A stretch of 64,000 nucleotides of DNA from Tubulanus polymorphus (Eukaryota; Animalia; Nemertea). Of this stretch, positions 62,021 to 64,000 are shown in pieces. The DNA lies in NCBI RefSeq assembly GCF_964204645.1, contig NC_134026.1, forward strand, positions 17,208,150 to 17,272,149. Reading direction: 5' to 3'. A program made the position numbers and the translations under genes. Position 1 is the first letter of the stretch. Every line of letters starts with the position of its first letter. A model generated the notes under the pieces. That model ran no database searches, was not told the DNA's origin, and saw nothing but the letters and a program-made list of their open reading frames with translations.

Positions 62021-64000
62021 ACCTCCTGCTTCCAATCTAGTCACTGTTGTATAGTTTTTAAGCACACTTTTAAGACGATTAACTGCTCATTCGGTAACGT
62101 ATCCATACTAATATATTATTAAATGAATCTTTTATGATAAACAAGAGGACTTTAGAGTCCTGAGGTTCGAAGAAGCAGTCTTATTAGGAATAGTTACATA
62201 GATTGGCAAACTAGTAATATAAAAAACTAGTAACATTGTACATCTCATCGATGTGTGATTAGTACTTGTAATCAATTGTATTGTAATCAATAAAGGTTAA
62301 GTCAAGATTATTCCATTTTAGGAGTCAGTTTAAAGACTTATCATTGAGATGATGCAAAATAAGTCAACCAAGTAATAACCACTGGAAAAGTCGATTAAAG
62401 GAAAAAATCATTTATTAAATACATCGAATGTAGCCACGTGACATGATTGATTAAACAGCATCAACTGATCAGCAGTGTTGTGATGATAATATCACGAGAT
62501 TGTACAGTTCCTCAGTGTGTTGACTACAGTTGCCTACGGCATGTTAAGGGTTAATGGATTATTAAGCATGTTTTTGCAGTACCCGATCGGTACCGATGTA
62601 CAGTACTTCAATTCTATGTGAGATACGGCCCCTGTGTGGTTGGAAGATCTGAAAATCTATCAATCTGAAATTCTCGACACAATATCCGACGCTAAATACA
62701 TTTCTTTGGAGGTATTTCTGGTGCATATCAGATGTCAATTATTTCTAGTATATTTTTTTCAACTATCAAATAGCCTAAAAATCTAAGATCAGTGAAAATA
62801 TGAATACTGTGAACATGTATATAGGTTCTCATTTTCTGATTATTTTACTGTTAGAACATGTAAAATGCTGATTTCAGTGTCAAACATATGAATGGAAATG
62901 GTCAACGACAAGACATCACCCTTCGAGATTTGATATTCATCAAGCGTATTGCCAGTATAAATTGTTTTTCGGTATAAATATAGTAATCGATAAAAGCCAT
63001 ATCAATATCGGTCCGAGACCCAGACCAAATCAACTCGTAATTCATTAATTCATTCATAGCTTCTTGCCCCAATCCACAACTAAAATGTATGTATACATTC
63101 AAATATTTCAATAAAAACATTTTACTTCATAAAACAAATAAATCATCCCTTTTACATTCTTATCTCTGTAGATTTACGCAGCAAATTGAGGTCGTGATGG
63201 AACGGATCGATTTCTTTAAAAACAATCGATCTCTTTTTGATATCATGAAGTTTGAATGAATGCCTAGTCACATCAATTTGTATTCATTGATTGTACGTCT
63301 TAGATGAGTTTGGTTTCAAAGCCGGATGAATCGCATAGCACGTTAACAGTGGTGGCACATAACGTTTGAATCTGTCAGTGTGATATAAGTACATATTTCT
63401 ATTTTCTACAATTCCCCAGGCACGTTGGAAGCTATGTTGTATTGCTGCTGCCGATTTTGGACAGATTCTTAATATTGCCGCGGCGAATTGACTTAATTTC
63501 TTCAAAAACATGGTATTCAAAGAAAAAACAAGAAAGAAATTCTAAAAATGGTTGTACTGAAAGCTTGCATGGTGGTTTTGTATTTCTGTAGTAGAATTAA
63601 TCGAATTTTGAACTGATTACTTAAAGAGCTAAGAGATCGGTGTTGTCGTACATCGTACACCAAATGTTACACACGGGGACTGGGAATATCGGAATGGTTT
63701 TATTGTAGACGTGGACCAAGTTAGTGCAAGCTTTTGGATAGTTGTTATTTGAATATTGTAGTGTCTTAACGGAATCTATCATCGTGTTGATAATTGCTAG
63801 ATTACGTATCGGATTTGTTGAAATGATTTTGCTTAGAAAATTTTACAGCTGAAAGAAAAAACGTGACTAACTCGAGTGACTCCAAGTGAAGAGAAGCCGC
63901 ACACGAAAATAGATAGGAGCCACGATTTTTCTTTTTAAAATAATAAAGACATTAAGCAAAAATAAGTTGCATCTCCTTCAAACAACAATCCACTGCGATC

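Noticed and set aside
63284-63520. Possible hAT dimerisation-domain remnant (LSQFAAAILRICPKSAA..)
   Set aside because: Weak resemblance only; no TIRs or clear catalytic motifs

Overview
AT-rich eukaryotic (invertebrate-like; spliceosomal introns) genomic DNA made almost entirely of nested, mostly decayed mobile elements, with one recognisable host exon (last coding exon of RNF170, minus strand). Two elements stand out. (1) A ~14.9 kb endogenous Polinton/Maverick-like virus at 31006-45894: ~230-bp TIRs that each contain a ~130-150-nt hairpin, a near-perfect 6-bp TSD, RVE integrase+chromodomain, packaging ATPase, putative major and minor capsid proteins, an HNH nuclease, several membrane-protein ORFs and only three small remnants of its protein-primed polymerase. 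It is inserted in the RT of a Penelope element. (2) An end-to-end ~11.4 kb Helentron at 17394-28775 encoding a degenerate 2A-like peptide, a herpesvirus-USP-like protease, HUH Rep, PIF1 helicase and AP endonuclease, with tandem CTCF-consensus motifs and a matching non-autonomous copy at 49320-50234. Also present: a Sola1 transposon, Penelope elements with hammerhead ribozymes, Gypsy and BEL/Pao LTR elements, a PIF/Harbinger element, fragments of a spliced tyrosine-recombinase-like gene, several MITEs, satellites and microsatellites. All family assignments come from motif recognition by eye; no database searches were run.
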